Assembly: GCA_051294905.1 (NCBI GenBank)
Contig: CM119373.1
Coordinates: forward strand, 5,644,001 to 5,708,000
Origin: Botryllus schlosseri
Lineage: Eukaryota
Direction of reading: 5' to 3'
DNA length: 64,000 nt
Position 1 is the stretch's first letter. Every line of letters starts with the position of its first letter. A model generated the notes under the pieces. That model did not search any database. It had not been told where the DNA came from and was given only the letters and a program-made list of their open reading frames with translations. Made by a program: the position numbers and the translations under genes. Shown one piece after another: positions 1-12,985 of this stretch.

Positions 1-212
1 TCAGCAGTCGATAATCTTCTACCTCAAATGTGCACAGTTGTGTGGGACAAGTTACAGAAATAAGTAGCTAAAATGCGTTTTAGGGTATAAGGCATGGGTA
101 ACGAGCTGAAAAGCATGACTTTTTAAAAGACGGTAAATTATGAACAACCCCAGTGTTAGATGCTGCATGTAGGATGTTGCCTTGGTGTTTGACTGTTGCG
201 AATCATCTATAA

Positions 213-1208
213 CATGGGTTCTTAAAGTATGGGTCGCGACCCGAACATTAGCCGCGAAGGGTATAAATTTTGGTCGCGACTGCCCAAAGCGATTGCTAAA
301 TTTCTTGTAGCCACCAAATTTGTTCGCGCTTTGCGCGATATTCTGTGTTTAGTTTGTGCATGTACAAGGTCATTGTGTTGAGTACTATAGCCAATAAACG
401 AGGCACGCAGAAACGTCGTTACTCCATGGTGTATTCATGAAAATGCGCCGACCTTTGTATTACGGAAAATGGTTTGATGTCATGATACGATTTGACTGAC
501 ATTGGTTTCTCTGGAAAGGTCTTACTTGCGCTGGTAAATCCCGAACAGGCTGAGAAAGGAAAAGAGCACGGCCGTACTGCCGCACCCAATATATTTTTAA
601 TTTACAGAAATTAATCACCTTTATTCGTAATTGTGAAAGCGCAGAATATTCCTAATATCGTAAACGTCGCCGGAGACCGTTGGACAGCTTCAAACTAGGG
701 TAGTGGCAACGGGTTTTCGAGGCCGCCCTTTCTGTCCATGCTGGGACACATGGAGACATAACTTTATGGCCTACATGCGGTTGCGCCCAAAATACGGTGC
801 GAAAAACGACGGATAAATGCGAATAAACCTTGACCCAGAATAACCTTGGCCCAGAATGACCGTGTCTGGTTGGCCAAAACGTTCAATATGGACATGCCCG
901 CTCTCAGAAATGGTCGGCATCAAATAGTCTCGTCCTTGGAATCTGAGCCCCGCAGTACAAATGTCGCCCACTAAGGAAAATAATGCTCCACGATTGGAAA
1001 TCGCATGCGTCAAATATGTTTCACATAACTGCTGCATTGCGTACAACTGATTATATGCGCGGACTGCGCTTTCTCTATTTCATACATGACCGTAACTAGG
1101 TAGCATACTGACATTATAAATGCATTATTGTCGATGCGTGAGGCTTCAGTCGTGACATGGAATATAACGCAGATTTGGTTTGCGCTTCAGAAAGTTTAAG
1201 TACTCCTG
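213..1208. mobile_element. Degraded hAT-type MITE
   Basis: Imperfect TIRs catgggttcttaaagt / rc caggagtacttaaact, subterminal ggtcgcgac motifs. No convincing TSD. Confidence 0.4.
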
Positions 1209-2532
1209 ATATGAGCTATGATATGTGCGCCGATCTGCAATAATAATATTAATATTCTTAGATCAGAAACGATTGCACTGGCACATTCTTGACCGAACAA
1301 CTGTGTTTTTAAGTTTGCTGATTACGAATATGATATCAGTTTTTTTTCAGATAGACTCTGGTATCGAATATATTATATATTTATGTTGGCGGAATGTCTA
1401 ATATGTGCCTTCTACACTATGGTTTAGTGAGGATACTTATTTAAAAGCAAAATAAGGGACTGCAACTTGAAATAAATAACTCGACGACTGCTGGTGTAAA
1501 TAATCGCGGTAAATTCAGTAGATCGGATAATGTAAAGTTTTAAATGAAACATTAATCTTATTACTTTGTTTAACAACTTTGATTCGGTGTCTGTTTCCTC
1601 TTAGTGTAAATTTCGAATTAATTTTAATCGCACCGCTATAATCAACGAAATTAGAGTTAGTGACATCATTTATTCCGATGATGATTCAATTGCAAACCAC
1701 ACTGTCCAATATAAAAGGTAGGGCTACACTTCGTTGCTTTCCCTAATATACTCCTATTATGCAGAACGTACCAGTAGCCGTAGGAGTAAACGTTGTCCAG
1801 TCATTTCCCTTTGGGCTCGTGGACAGTTCAATGGTCGGTGTCGCTCTACTTTGATCGCCCTCCAGACCTGGTGTGCTTGTATCAATATCAATGACACGGC
1901 CCTTATTATGTTTCCTGAGATTTGTTTTCATTTGCTTTATGAGATCTTTTCCGGAAACGCAAAATCGAATTACAGGACGTTAAATTCGGGTGATACGCAC
2001 TTTGAATTCAACAACCTACGTATAGGGAAAGAAATATTGCGGTGTCACCTATTTAATATAAGAGATTGCACGAATTTACTTGATAACATGCATTTAAATT
2101 GAATCGAACATTCCCATCCCATGAACAATACTCATTAACTGACGACCAGGTCAATGAATATGAGAATACATCTTTTTAGACGTTTCTGTATATCGGTATT
2201 TGTTACCCTCGAGGCTTCTGTCCATCAGAGGACGATTTCGATTTTAAATGTGGTACGAATAATCCGGGAGCACTATAGGTGACGCTGATACGCTTTGGAC
2301 TCGCTGCATGGACATGGGGCGGACTAGAATTCAAATCGTCCTAAAAAGGTTTTACCGATCACATGGCATGGGCTATCTAGAGATGGTGTGAACCTATGAA
2401 AGGCTCAGGTTCGTGTGAACCCGAACCTTTTTGAAGGTTCTGTGTGAACGCGAACGTGAACCTCGTGACGTCATACTGCTAATTCCAACCCCACATATCA
2501 GTGAAGTGATATATATTAATGTACCTGTACAG

Positions 2533-3843
2533 CAGGGGTTCTCAACCTGGGAGGCGCGCCCCCCTTGGGGGCGCGGGAGGCTCTCAGGGGGGCGCGAGAA
2601 ATTGACAAAGTCAGTATAAATTATACGTGTCTGAACATGTGTTTCACATCCATTATGAGAAGACGATTAATGAAGATGAAATTTATTACATATTCAAGAA
2701 AGCTTGCGAAATACAAACTCTAGCAACAGCGCTCAACTGAGTATAGTCTGATTTCAACTTCATTTGAGCAAATTTTTGAAATTCTTTGGAGATATAAAGA
2801 GCAATTCCCACGTGTAAGTCATTCATTGCTTAAAGCTTGTCGCGCTGGGCAGCTCTTGTTAGTAGCTTGCTAACTGCACTGCCTAAGACAGACTTAGATG
2901 CAACATAGGTTGCCCGGTTTCGCCCTCAATTAGGCTATAAATCAACACAATTAATTCATTTCGAAAACTGATCAAATTTAGCCTGGCAGGACGGAACGAC
3001 GCCTTGCTCTCTGTACTCACTACCAGCATCAGGATTAGTCTCAGGGTGACCTACATTGAAATTAATTAATGGATGTCTTGTTCAATGTTTTTTGTTATTT
3101 TCAAACAAATTTGAAGAAATTTGTCAGCAATGTAAAAGACTCAACAACTAGAATGCAGATTCAAAATTGGCGTAAGATATACCTTATGTATACTATTAGA
3201 TCAGGGGTGGGCAGCCTGCAGCCGTAGAAGGGAATTTGAGCGGCCGTCGACGCCTAATTCAATTAGTATGTGTTGGCGGTCGTAGACATGCAAATTGCAA
3301 TTACGAATTCACTCCCGCATTTTCGAGAGATATTAATTGATCTTGAAATTTTCTTCGCCCTCCGCATAATTCAACAAGACTTCATTTTTCTATTTTAATG
3401 CAGTAGCGCTCTTCTTAATCTGAGCCGGAATGGGAATTGGCAAGAAATATCAATTCGTTCGCGGCCCTGAAAAATTTTCGCGCTCCGCGCGACAATATGC
3501 ACCTCCCGGCAACTATTCATAACAGTGCCACTCGCGATTTCGGTGCGTACAATAGGCCATTGTGAAAAGTAGAATAGTCCGGAGTTTACCGGGAATGGAT
3601 ATGGACAGTTTACCGTAGTAATTTTGCGTCCAGATCGTTCATTGCGGCTATGCCCTGGAATGCGACCTTACGCTACATAAGCAATCGAAATGCGGTGATG
3701 ATTATCAAAAACGTTGCCCACCTCTGTATTAGATGATGTGCTCTTTTTGACATGACGATAAATGCAGGGGGGGGTCAGGGGGGGCGCGAGTTTTTTGACC
3801 ATCTCCAAGGGGGGCGCGTGTCAAAAAAGGTTGAGAACCACTG
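2533..3843. mobile_element. hAT-Buster-type MITE
   Basis: TIRs caggggttctcaacc / rc cagtggttctcaacc. Perfect 8-bp TSD ctgtacag (2525-2532, 3844-3851). Confidence 0.92.
3202..3726. mobile_element. hAT MITE nested in 2533-3843
   Basis: TIRs caggggtgggca / rc cagaggtgggca. Perfect TSD tattagat. Same family at 19509, 31947 and 48669. Confidence 0.92.
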
Positions 3844-4833
3844 CTGTACAGGATACCTAGCGACGACGCGGGCCACATGATGCCACAGTGCCGAAGTACA
3901 CGTACTCAGTTTTAAAACGTCGCCAAATGTATAAACTGGAGCAGTCAAATGATACAATAATCCCATAAAATCAATATTTGCCGTCGCTTTGCCAACAATT
4001 GCGACTAATACTTGCCCGGGTATATAAGCTTACGCCAGACTAAGCTTACGCTAGGTCAGACCGTACATATTTGTTCGGCGTCTGAGTGTTGCTACGTTGC
4101 TGTTGAGTATATAGTGTAAAACGGGGTTTTCCAAATTAACAAGTTATACAGCAGTAGCTAACGCCCCAATCGCACGAATTTGGTTTTTATGATACAATAA
4201 ACACATAAAATCGAGATAGACCCCGTACGCTTGCTAGATTTTTTTACATCAGACAACGATATCAATTTCATTGATTGGTTGAATAAGTATCATTCGCTGA
4301 CTCGCTGCATGTAGCGTAATTCGATCTTGATGTTGTGCGATTGCGGGTCAAGCTCACACCAGAGAGTAACTAAATATTCACAAACAGAAAGTTGGCTATT
4401 TCGAGCAAACTTTTGTAACAAAGCAAGTTAATTTTTTGTGATTGTTAAGGTGCATGCTCGTTTAGTGTTGATTTTTCTATGCTGCCAGTATCATTCATAG
4501 TGTTTCGCAGTTGAAATGCTACAAATAGAAACCAAAGATGTTATGATGACGGTAAAATTGTAATATATGAAAAACGGCCATAGTGAAGAACCTACCAAGG
4601 TTCGTTTGTGAACGTGAACATCTAAATTTCCGAGGATCACACACAGAACGCCAACGTGAACCTCACGTTCACACCATCCCTAGCTATAACATATAGTGGA
4701 AAATCTTCATCAAACTCGTATGATTGGGTGGATTGGGAAATTAATTAATCTTGCCGTTGACCTAAAATTAGATCCTGAAAATGTAACGTAGCGCGGACAT
4801 AGCCTATCTATCCAGGTCATAATAACCATACAG

Positions 4834-4900
4834 ACAGATACAGATACAGATACAGATACAGATACAGATACAGATACAGATACAGATACAGATACAGATA
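4834..4900. repeat. (GATACA)n microsatellite, ~11 units
   Basis: Direct tandem repeat visible in sequence. Confidence 0.97.
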
Positions 4901-6759
4901 TGAACACAAGATTTCACTATAACTGGTAATCATGCCGTCACCAGGTCGGTTTTTCAAATTTCGCTGATAGGGGTCCACCAAGTCACTCAAAAGATTTCAA
5001 AACGTTCAGAAGCCCCGTGCAAAAGAACTCAAGGAACACGATTTTTTCACTAGTATAATTGGATAGATTTACTCACCCTTGGCATCCTCCTAGAATAAAA
5101 TGACGCAGATATTAGATAATAATTTGTTTTGCTGAAATTTTAGTGTGATTTATAAGAGACATTTTGCTTCCACTAAAATATTGATCATCAGATATATAAC
5201 AATTGTTAAGATGATGTGCATGGGCTAGTATTCGGGAGATAATGACAGAACGACCATAAACGTACGGCTAGATACAATTTAAATACACTGTAAATTCACA
5301 GCGTTGAATGAGACACAACATTGTGCATAGGTATATACAATATTTGGCTGACACATATTATCGGCTGAGATCTGACATCGAGACTCCGCCATGTTGTGTG
5401 CACGTCCACACATCATCAGTGAATGTCATAAGATGTGGGTTAATGCTCATATGATGTGTCTATGAGCTCACATGCATATCAGTATAGTCATTCCGGACAA
5501 ATTTCCTGTGGTGTCAAGCATTCATACCGGATATCAATTGAGAGGGAGTTTGAGAGGTCGCTTGCTAATCTCCACTCTGAAACTTCACGAGGTTACTATT
5601 GATGTGATATATCATCCCAGGCAGCCTAAAGCGCGGTAATATTGATACACGCCGAAAAGCCTCGCAAAATGTGATTTGATCGGTATGTCCTAAGTTATAG
5701 ATTTTACTTCAGGCTGCAGTGTTTAATTAACAATATTATTACAGTTATAAATAACCAAGATTGTAACCGACAGTGGTACCGGGCTTCAAGCAAATAGGTT
5801 GGTGATCAGATATTATGGTCATGCTGTACCAATACCTGACTGACGACTCGCTGTCTTGAGGTTTGCTCTGATCTGACTTTACATACCTACGATAGTCACG
5901 GTAATCCTTATAGTTAATCGCTTGTTACTCATTTCAGTTTATTATAAACAAATTATCAGATCAACATACTAAGAGATTGCGATAAAATAAAAGGTTGATC
6001 ATATTATTTCCCTGCCGAACTTACTGAAGAAATTTGTCATACAAATATGTATGAAACACCCCGACGTTGAACATTTTACTCGTATCGGGTACCGCTATCA
6101 TTGCCAACAGTATAGCAATCATTCAGTTATTAGTAGTACCCTTTGTATTTTATCATTGATGAACTGTCTCTTCTTTACGCATGACTTACTGAGTCACGTG
6201 ACTGTATGACGCAATCCTGAGATAATCGATCGTTACCGGACCAGAGTGAGTGAGATATACCGTGAATCTGTCGGTCTTTGTTACGTGAATCTAAATAGCA
6301 TATAGCGAGGGAATGGAGATGTTTTTAGTTCAAAACGGAATGGAGAGGGAGCACATTGATTTACTGCAAGGTAATTCGTTTATGTAAATTTTCAACATCA
6401 TCTGTAAATAATGTTATGTTCATGTTATCGAGTTTCAAATACAGCACCAGCGGTATGAGTAGATATAGATTACCTATTTTCGATCTAGCAGCTTGATGCG
6501 CCTTAAGAGCAGACCATGAAAATGGGAGCTAATGCTGTTTAATAATTTCATCTGAAGATATCATAATAGACCTAGTGACGAAACCTCATTTGCAGATGAA
6601 GTTATGTACATCTTTCTTTGCACTTGACCTGTTTCAATTACTTAATATGGTTTGGTAGAATGTCTAATGGAAAGTGTTGGTTGTGCCCTTTTATCGGAAC
6701 TACCGATTTGCTGTCTACACATTTATTGTCACAGACAATATCCGAGTGTTATCATATCA

Positions 6760-6826
6760 TGCAGGATCTGTGGCATAGTGTATTCAAAATATGAAGATCT
6801 CTGTAGCCATTGTAAAAAGAGACACA
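6760..6826 (+). other. C2H2 zinc-finger coding fragment
   Basis: CRICGIVYSKYEDLCSHCKKRH = C-x2-C-x12-H-x4-H, downstream of a candidate acceptor at ~6733. How it joins the other exons is unresolved. Confidence 0.6.
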
Positions 6827-7829
6827 AAAATATGAAGACACTGGACTTGTTTTGCTATGAAGCACCGTCTTCTCTTGACTATGACCTACTGCCCGAATCC
6901 TATCCGAATTCAATATATTAAAGTGCATTCATGATCAAATGCTTTTCAGTATTACTTCTCGAAAAAGCTGTCGCAAAAGTTGAGGAATCTCAGACAAAAG
7001 ACAAAGGCATCTGGTACGTCTTCATGGAGAGCGCATGCTTTGTGTCTAGGCTCATCAGGTGATTGGATGATTGTTATTCGTTTTTTTATTATTTATAAGT
7101 TTCATTTTATTCAAAAGGTCACCCTAATATAACGATTGAAGACGCCAGGGTGCAGTTGGAAACAGAGTTCAATAGACCTGGTGCCAATTGGCCGAATGTC
7201 ATCACTCTCATGAAGTTCACTCATCACGACAGACGCAATCAGTTGAAGGTGCTAGAATTTGGTGGCGTTGCTGAAATTTTGAAGAGCTTTCCAATGCTGC
7301 AAGATATTAGACTGGTGAGGTCTTTCATTCTTTACAGATGACTTCAATTTGCAGTCATAACTTCGAAAATCAGTAAATTGAAATTGTTTGTGTGCCTCGG
7401 CAAAATAAGCAATTATATTGCATATTTATCTTCCTATTGCATTAGCATACACTATTTTCCCATTACATGACATGCTTACAGTGTACACTATACCAGGCTT
7501 GGACAACTAAAAAAATTTTAGCTCTTCCAAATTGCAGCGCCATAGCTGAAAAGTTGGTCGTGCTGTTGCACGAGGCGGATATTTTTGTTAGCTCACTACG
7601 AAACAACATGGTCAATTAGGCAGAATGAACGCCTCTAAACCCTTGGAATATTTCATTAATGTGTGCTGTGTTCTCGGTTATTTATAACCGAATATGTACT
7701 CGTTAACGTTTGTATTGTATCGTTACTACCGTATGTTGCCCGTCTACTAGTTGTTTGTTTTTGTCATTATTACATTTTAGACACAAAATAATTCTTACAT
7801 TTCGAATTTGATCCACCCTATCACTGACG

Positions 7830-7869
7830 TTCGCTACTGATGAGGGTCAGTCGAAAAGCTTTTAGCGAA
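7830..7869 (+). ncRNA. Minimal type I hammerhead ribozyme motif (Penelope-like)
   Basis: ttcgcta-CTGATGA-g ggtcagt c-GAAA-agcttt-tagcgaa: 7-bp stem I, intact core, palindromic stem III (aaaagctttt), followed by aataaa. Confidence 0.75.
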
Positions 7870-9128
7870 TAAATAAACAATATGAAGTTATTGTTTCGCG
7901 TTATTCTGAATAACTAGGCTATGTGTTTTAAAATGAATAATATGGATGAATTTACTTACTCTAGGTAACCTGTTTAAGTGATGTGCATATTCATGACTAA
8001 CAGCTCTGAGTAACGCATTGTTATTTTCAATAGATCAGACATGAGTTTCAACTGCTTGTTGATAGAAGTGTTGAAGAAATGCATGAGAAGTGCATGGAAA
8101 TGCTTCTCACTCTTGATAAAGTTTTTGGAAATCAGACTGATCAAGAGGTTGGTATCATGCTTGATAATTAACAGTGCTACAGTCATAGGCACTGACTTTT
8201 ATTTTTGCATGGGGTGGCGGCAGGCGCGTAACCAGGTGGTGTCGAAATCCCTCTTTTTGAAACGCAAAACCACGATCTTTTAAAATGGCCATTCTGACTC
8301 TAATATTCAGTTGTAATTCAAGAAGTCGTATTATCAGTGTTACGCGGGGCCGCGACCATTTAGCGAGATTCGTCTGGTCACGCCTATCGCATCGCACAAT
8401 GCTACGCAATGCGATTTCCCGCTGAAATATTTTATACGCGGCTTGCGTTCCTCACCGATGCAAATAATGCACTTTAATTTGTAGAAGGTATATTTGCTCG
8501 TCAAATCGCAATAAGAGATGGTTTTCTCGGAGCGCGCGATGAAATCTACGTTTCTAACGACGAAGTCGAATTTGTACATCAAATAAGGATCGTAAGTTTG
8601 GTGAAATCAGCATAGAATGTTGCTGCTCAAACTAATCGAATAAATTCAGAATTTGCGCCATCGAGAATCTTGTGTTGCATCAATTTTTGACAACGTAATT
8701 CAACGCCGTGTACTGCACAATGCGCAGTACTAATAACAAATCAAACACTGACAAGTGACACGGACGGAATACGAGTGTATAAAGCAGACAAGAATTAGTA
8801 GTCTTCAGATGATAGCAAACGAGATAGCGCGCATTTAACCAATAATTCCACAACTTGCGTACAGTGCTAATGCCCAAACTTGCCTTTATCTAAAATGGAA
8901 TGTGATGGATGGAATGGAAACTTTTGAATTGCAGGAATGTCCCTCACCTGTGCCTATTATGACTCTAATTGTTTGCAGGGAAATGAAGACGATGAAATTC
9001 ATATCCTGCTCGAACTCCAGAAGGCTCTCACAGACAAGAAAATAGAGTCGAACCATGGTTTGAGTGCAATATGTCTTTGTCAGGTAAGATTTGCTACCTG
9101 TCTAGTATGGATCTGCTTCAGTTTAGAT

Positions 9129-9928
9129 CAGAGGTCTCAAACACGCGGCCATTTTATGCAGCCCGTGACGGTATTTAGGATTTCGCAGTATTCGACAATC
9201 TTTAACTGCCAAATATCCCTTTTTACTTTGAAAACTGGAAATTTGCCCCAAAACTACTCCAGAAACCTGAAACTACTCATCAAACTTCACTATTACAGTA
9301 ATTTCAAAAGTTACCACGCAATGGAAGGTCAATGAATACTTCGGCGATTGGAAATTTCTAACGCTATGGCACAGTAATCATTATATTCAAGTTATAATAG
9401 ATCTGTTCCAACATTTGAGCGTAAATCTAATGCTGATTCAATTTGACTTGGGTAATGACATCATCAATAGCGTTGTTATCAGGAGTATGATCGAAACCCG
9501 GATTAGGCGGCACTGCTCCAATGCTCTGATATCAGATCAATCTTTTTAAAATTCTAAAGTATTCTACCTATAATTGTGCCAGTTCAAATGTCCGCTAGCT
9601 GCAAAACTATAACACGATAGTTTTACGATGTCCCGATGCATTTGTACAGTCGCATGGTGACTACAACTAAATATACAGCAACTATGCCAAGTGCAGCAAC
9701 AATTGTGTTCGAATATATTTTAAAATGTGATTTTTTTCTTAGCAGGCATGAATTCACAATAGTAAATCACATTTCCAAGATGTGTGAGGAATGTCAGTCT
9801 GCAAGGTCCCGTCAAATAAAGCCTACTCGGAAATACATTGAATTCCCCTATTATTGGTGCCTGCGGCCCGCGGCGCCATCAAAAAGTAGGAAATTGGCCT
9901 GCTAGCATATTTGAGTTTGAGACCTCTG
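9129..9928. mobile_element. hAT MITE in an intron of the accessory pseudogene
   Basis: TIR cagaggtctcaaac at both ends. TSD gtttagat/ttttagat (7/8). Confidence 0.88.
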
Positions 9929-10685
9929 TTTTAGATATACATAAAAGTTCTATTAATAAAATCTTTCAATATGATCGAAATTCTTGAGCCGTCCTAAAAC
10001 GAAGGTATATTATGCTATGCTAAACACTGCGCTCGACGTAATGGAGCTGCAGAATTTCGTACTAAGACCAACTGACGTGGCTGCGAGTCATCAATTCTTA
10101 ACCCTTTGCGAAAATATAGAAGTCACAACGAGTAAAGCGATGGTGAAGTTAACGCACCATAAATGTCGCAATGGGTTAAGAAACGCGGAAGCTCGAGCGT
10201 AACGGGTCTTATGCAAAGTTCTTTCAATTTATATGTTTGTCATATTTTGGAATCGGGAGAGGATTTTCACACTAACAGTACTGGAGTTGCCAAAAAGGAA
10301 GACATTTAGGCGTCCTAGGACGACAATTTGAAAAACCTGAAAAAGGAGGACAAATCCTCCTAAAGCAGTTCGTATGTTAACCATAATTGAATTGCAGCAC
10401 CATTACGGTGGCTTTCTGAACACGATGTCCATGGCAAATTTTTTTTCAACCTGCGAGTTAATTTGGGACCTCATAATTTTTATAGCGCAAAGCCCCTTTA
10501 AGAATAAGCAGCTAACAAGTTATGATCGAACGAGGTCCGAGGTTCATTGGTACCCCTGAAGATTCTGATGATGTAGAGAAATTTATGCATCTGAACACAA
10601 TTGGTGCATAAATTAATGCTTCAATTAATAATCGAATAATATAATAACTTATTATAAATTTGCCCTTTGGAGCTAAGCTTGTTAA

Positions 10686-11127
10686 CGGTGCACTGCACTC
10701 TAAAAACTATGTGGTCTCAAAGTGAAGGGCGAAACGAGAAAATTATTTAGGCCACAGCCATTTTCTTCAGAACGCCACCGTAATGGAGCTCCAATTTATT
10801 GAATTTTCCACAGGGGAATCATGCTCCAGCAGTCACGCAGAAATCGAACTTCATATAGTTGTCTTCTGTAGTTGATTGAACATCTTCCGTTGCACGCGGT
10901 GTTTAAACGACCTTTGCTTGTATGACATATTTCCTTCATAACATCGGCTGACAACGATATAAAGTTCGATTTCTGTGTGACTGCTGGAGCATGATTCCCC
11001 TGTAAAAAATTCAATAAATTGCAGCTCCTTTACGGTGGCATTGTGAAGAATATGGCTGTGGCCTAAAACTTTCTCTCGTTTCGCCCTTCAATTTGAGACG
11101 ACATGATTTTTAGAGAACAGTGCCCCT
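10686..11127. mobile_element. Foldback MITE with TTAA TSD (Kolobok-like)
   Basis: ~180-bp inverted arms. TTAA at 10682-10685 and 11128-11131. Right terminus reads aggggcactg in rc. Confidence 0.8.
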
Positions 11128-11176
11128 TTAAACTATTCGCCGATTCAACTACATTTATATCTTAAGTATGAGAAAC

Positions 11177-11675
11177 AGGGTCGTAACCAAGTCACAAGGC
11201 TCCGAGTCACAACTCAATGTCACTTTTATAGGATTGACTCGAATCAAGTCGAGTCATTTTCAATTCACCGCCGAGTCGAGTCCGATTCTAAGTCAACAAG
11301 TAGAGGTTCGAGTCCGATTCATGGTGTTATGACTCAAGTCCGAGTCCAAGTCATTGTGATGACTGCTCAGTTTCCAGTTCCAGTTCTGTTGAACCCATTT
11401 TTTATGACTGTTTGGTGATACCGAATTATTCGCATTTATAATACACTGATTTTCCTTTTAGTAGTTTCTGGAGCATTTTTTAGTGCCAGTACGAATAGAA
11501 GAAATGCCAATAGCGTGGTTATTTTAGTATTATTCAAAATTACGGTGGAAATGTCTTTCTTGGCCATCTGAGTCTCGAGTCATGCGCAATGACTCAGTCG
11601 AGTCAATACACAGATTGTTTCGAGTCGTTTTTGTGTTTTGAGAAATTAATGACTCGAGTCAAGAGAAAGTCATTA
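11177..11675. mobile_element. Degraded gagtc/gactc-repeat MITE
   Basis: Starts cagggtcgtaaccaagtc and has dense gagtc/caagtc motifs like 27855-28812. Right end unclear. Confidence 0.55.
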
Positions 11676-12515
11676 CATTATAAGAAGTCTCAAATAAGCA
11701 TTTCTAGCTGAAGTTGGTCATGTGCTCTGGATTCGCACATGAACATTTAGCAATATCATTTAAAGCTAACATATTGTTTTAATTCCAGGCACATACAGTC
11801 GATTTAACGACTTTAAAGTTGACACCTCCACATCTTTTGATTGCACGTCATGAGAATGGAGATGAACAGTCGTGGATTGCGGCCAATCGCATCACCATCA
11901 AGCGCAGATCCGAAAACGAAAGAAGACCGTTTGAGATGATTATTGATCTCGTAGCATGCTATTCCGCATGGGATCTTAGTTATCCCAAGGTCTTTTAAAT
12001 ATTGCCATTCATTCAACGTGTCCTTGTTGGTGATAAAAATTCAGGATTCCAGTCGAACAAGTTCGTTAATTTTTGGAAAAAATATCAGAATGCCCAGCAA
12101 TCGATTGAAAAAATGTAGGCTAATTAATCTCCCTTGCTCCAAGTACTTGGACTGTGAGTAGTGCTTTCTTTTGGTATGGACTGTACCTGTACATAGTGGA
12201 TTTCGTTATTTTTTGCATTTGCACAATAATTCGTTTTTTTTTAGTGGCTAGACTTTTGCTATGCCTTCATTAGTAAATTTTTCGTTTCTAGTGGCACTGT
12301 TTATTAGGGCTGTTCCAAAATAACATACTGTTTAGCCAAAATTGGTTTACTATGGCATTTTGGCAATTCAATCAATCATTTGATCATGAAACCAGACAAT
12401 TTTTGAGAAACAATATTTATTGACAACATTGCTGTACAGTGTACATACACCTTGCTTTAGTTCCGAATCCAGTTCTTTTATACTGTTATTACTGTTAAAT
12501 AGTATATTCTTATCG

Positions 12516-12985
12516 GAATGAACCCGAATATTTTCGGTCGACACTCGTCAGCAAATCTAGTAGAGAATTGGAAAGAACGTTGTATATCAACAATCGTATC
12601 ACAAAATATGATGTCAGCAGCATGAAATTTCGAGAGAGCATTCAATCCAATATTCCCAGGTGGTACACGAACTCCTGTTGACAGAGTTTCGGTTGGTGTA
12701 TTTTATATCTTATCAAAATACACCATTCGAAACTCTGTCAACAGAAGTTTGTGCACCACCTGCATGGGAATAGTGCATTAAACGCTCACTCTCGCGAAAT
12801 TTCATGCTGGTGAAGGCCTATTTTGTGATACGATTGTTGATATACAATGTTATTTCCAATTCTCCACTAGTTGCTGACGATTACCTCTGACGAGTGTCAT
12901 CCGAAAATGATTGGGTTCATTTCAACATGCACAGCACATACTATTCAGTTGTGTATTGCAGTTCTGTACCTGCAAGAATCTCTGT
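12516..12985. repeat. Palindromic repeat with hammerhead cores at both outer ends (inverted Penelope pLTR-like)
   Basis: Arms ~12516-12705 and ~12714-12923. CTGACGA-gtgtcatcc-GAAA at 12887-12906 (+) and its mirror at ~12521-12551 (-). A ~60-bp tail is present on the right only. Confidence 0.75.

Larger units (their letters stand above)
2378..4682. mobile_element. Non-autonomous DNA element (TAGGGATG-type TIR, gtgaac subterminal repeats) hosting nested MITEs
   Basis: TIRs tagagatggtgtgaac / rc tagggatggtgtgaac. A second partial copy starts at ~24012. TSD not clear. Confidence 0.75.
6313..12118 (+). pseudogene. Spliced SAMD3-like / transposon accessory gene, pseudogenised
   Basis: Phase-compatible GT-AG exons 6950-7013, 7118-7314, 8034-8147, 8979-9083, 11789-12118 give YYFSKKLSQKLRNLR...LMKFTHHDRR...EILKSFPML...IRHEFQLL...LVACYSAWDLSYPKVF*ILPFIQRVL. 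In-frame TAA at 11996-11998. Degraded SAM-like start at 6313-6370 and ~6596-6650. Confidence 0.75.

Noticed and set aside
771..2102. Short ORFs of 60-125 aa here and throughout the window
   Set aside because: No recognisable domains or splice-compatible partners. Many lie inside MITEs, and such lengths are expected by chance.
4710..4907. ORF with a Ser-Val dipeptide run
   Set aside because: It is the translation of the (GATACA)n microsatellite.
10565..10590. ctgatga...gaaa as a hammerhead (also ctgatga/ctgacga at ~26062, ~26782, ~39553)
   Set aside because: No closing G-C pair or no stem I complementarity. The 26782 hit is coding sequence.
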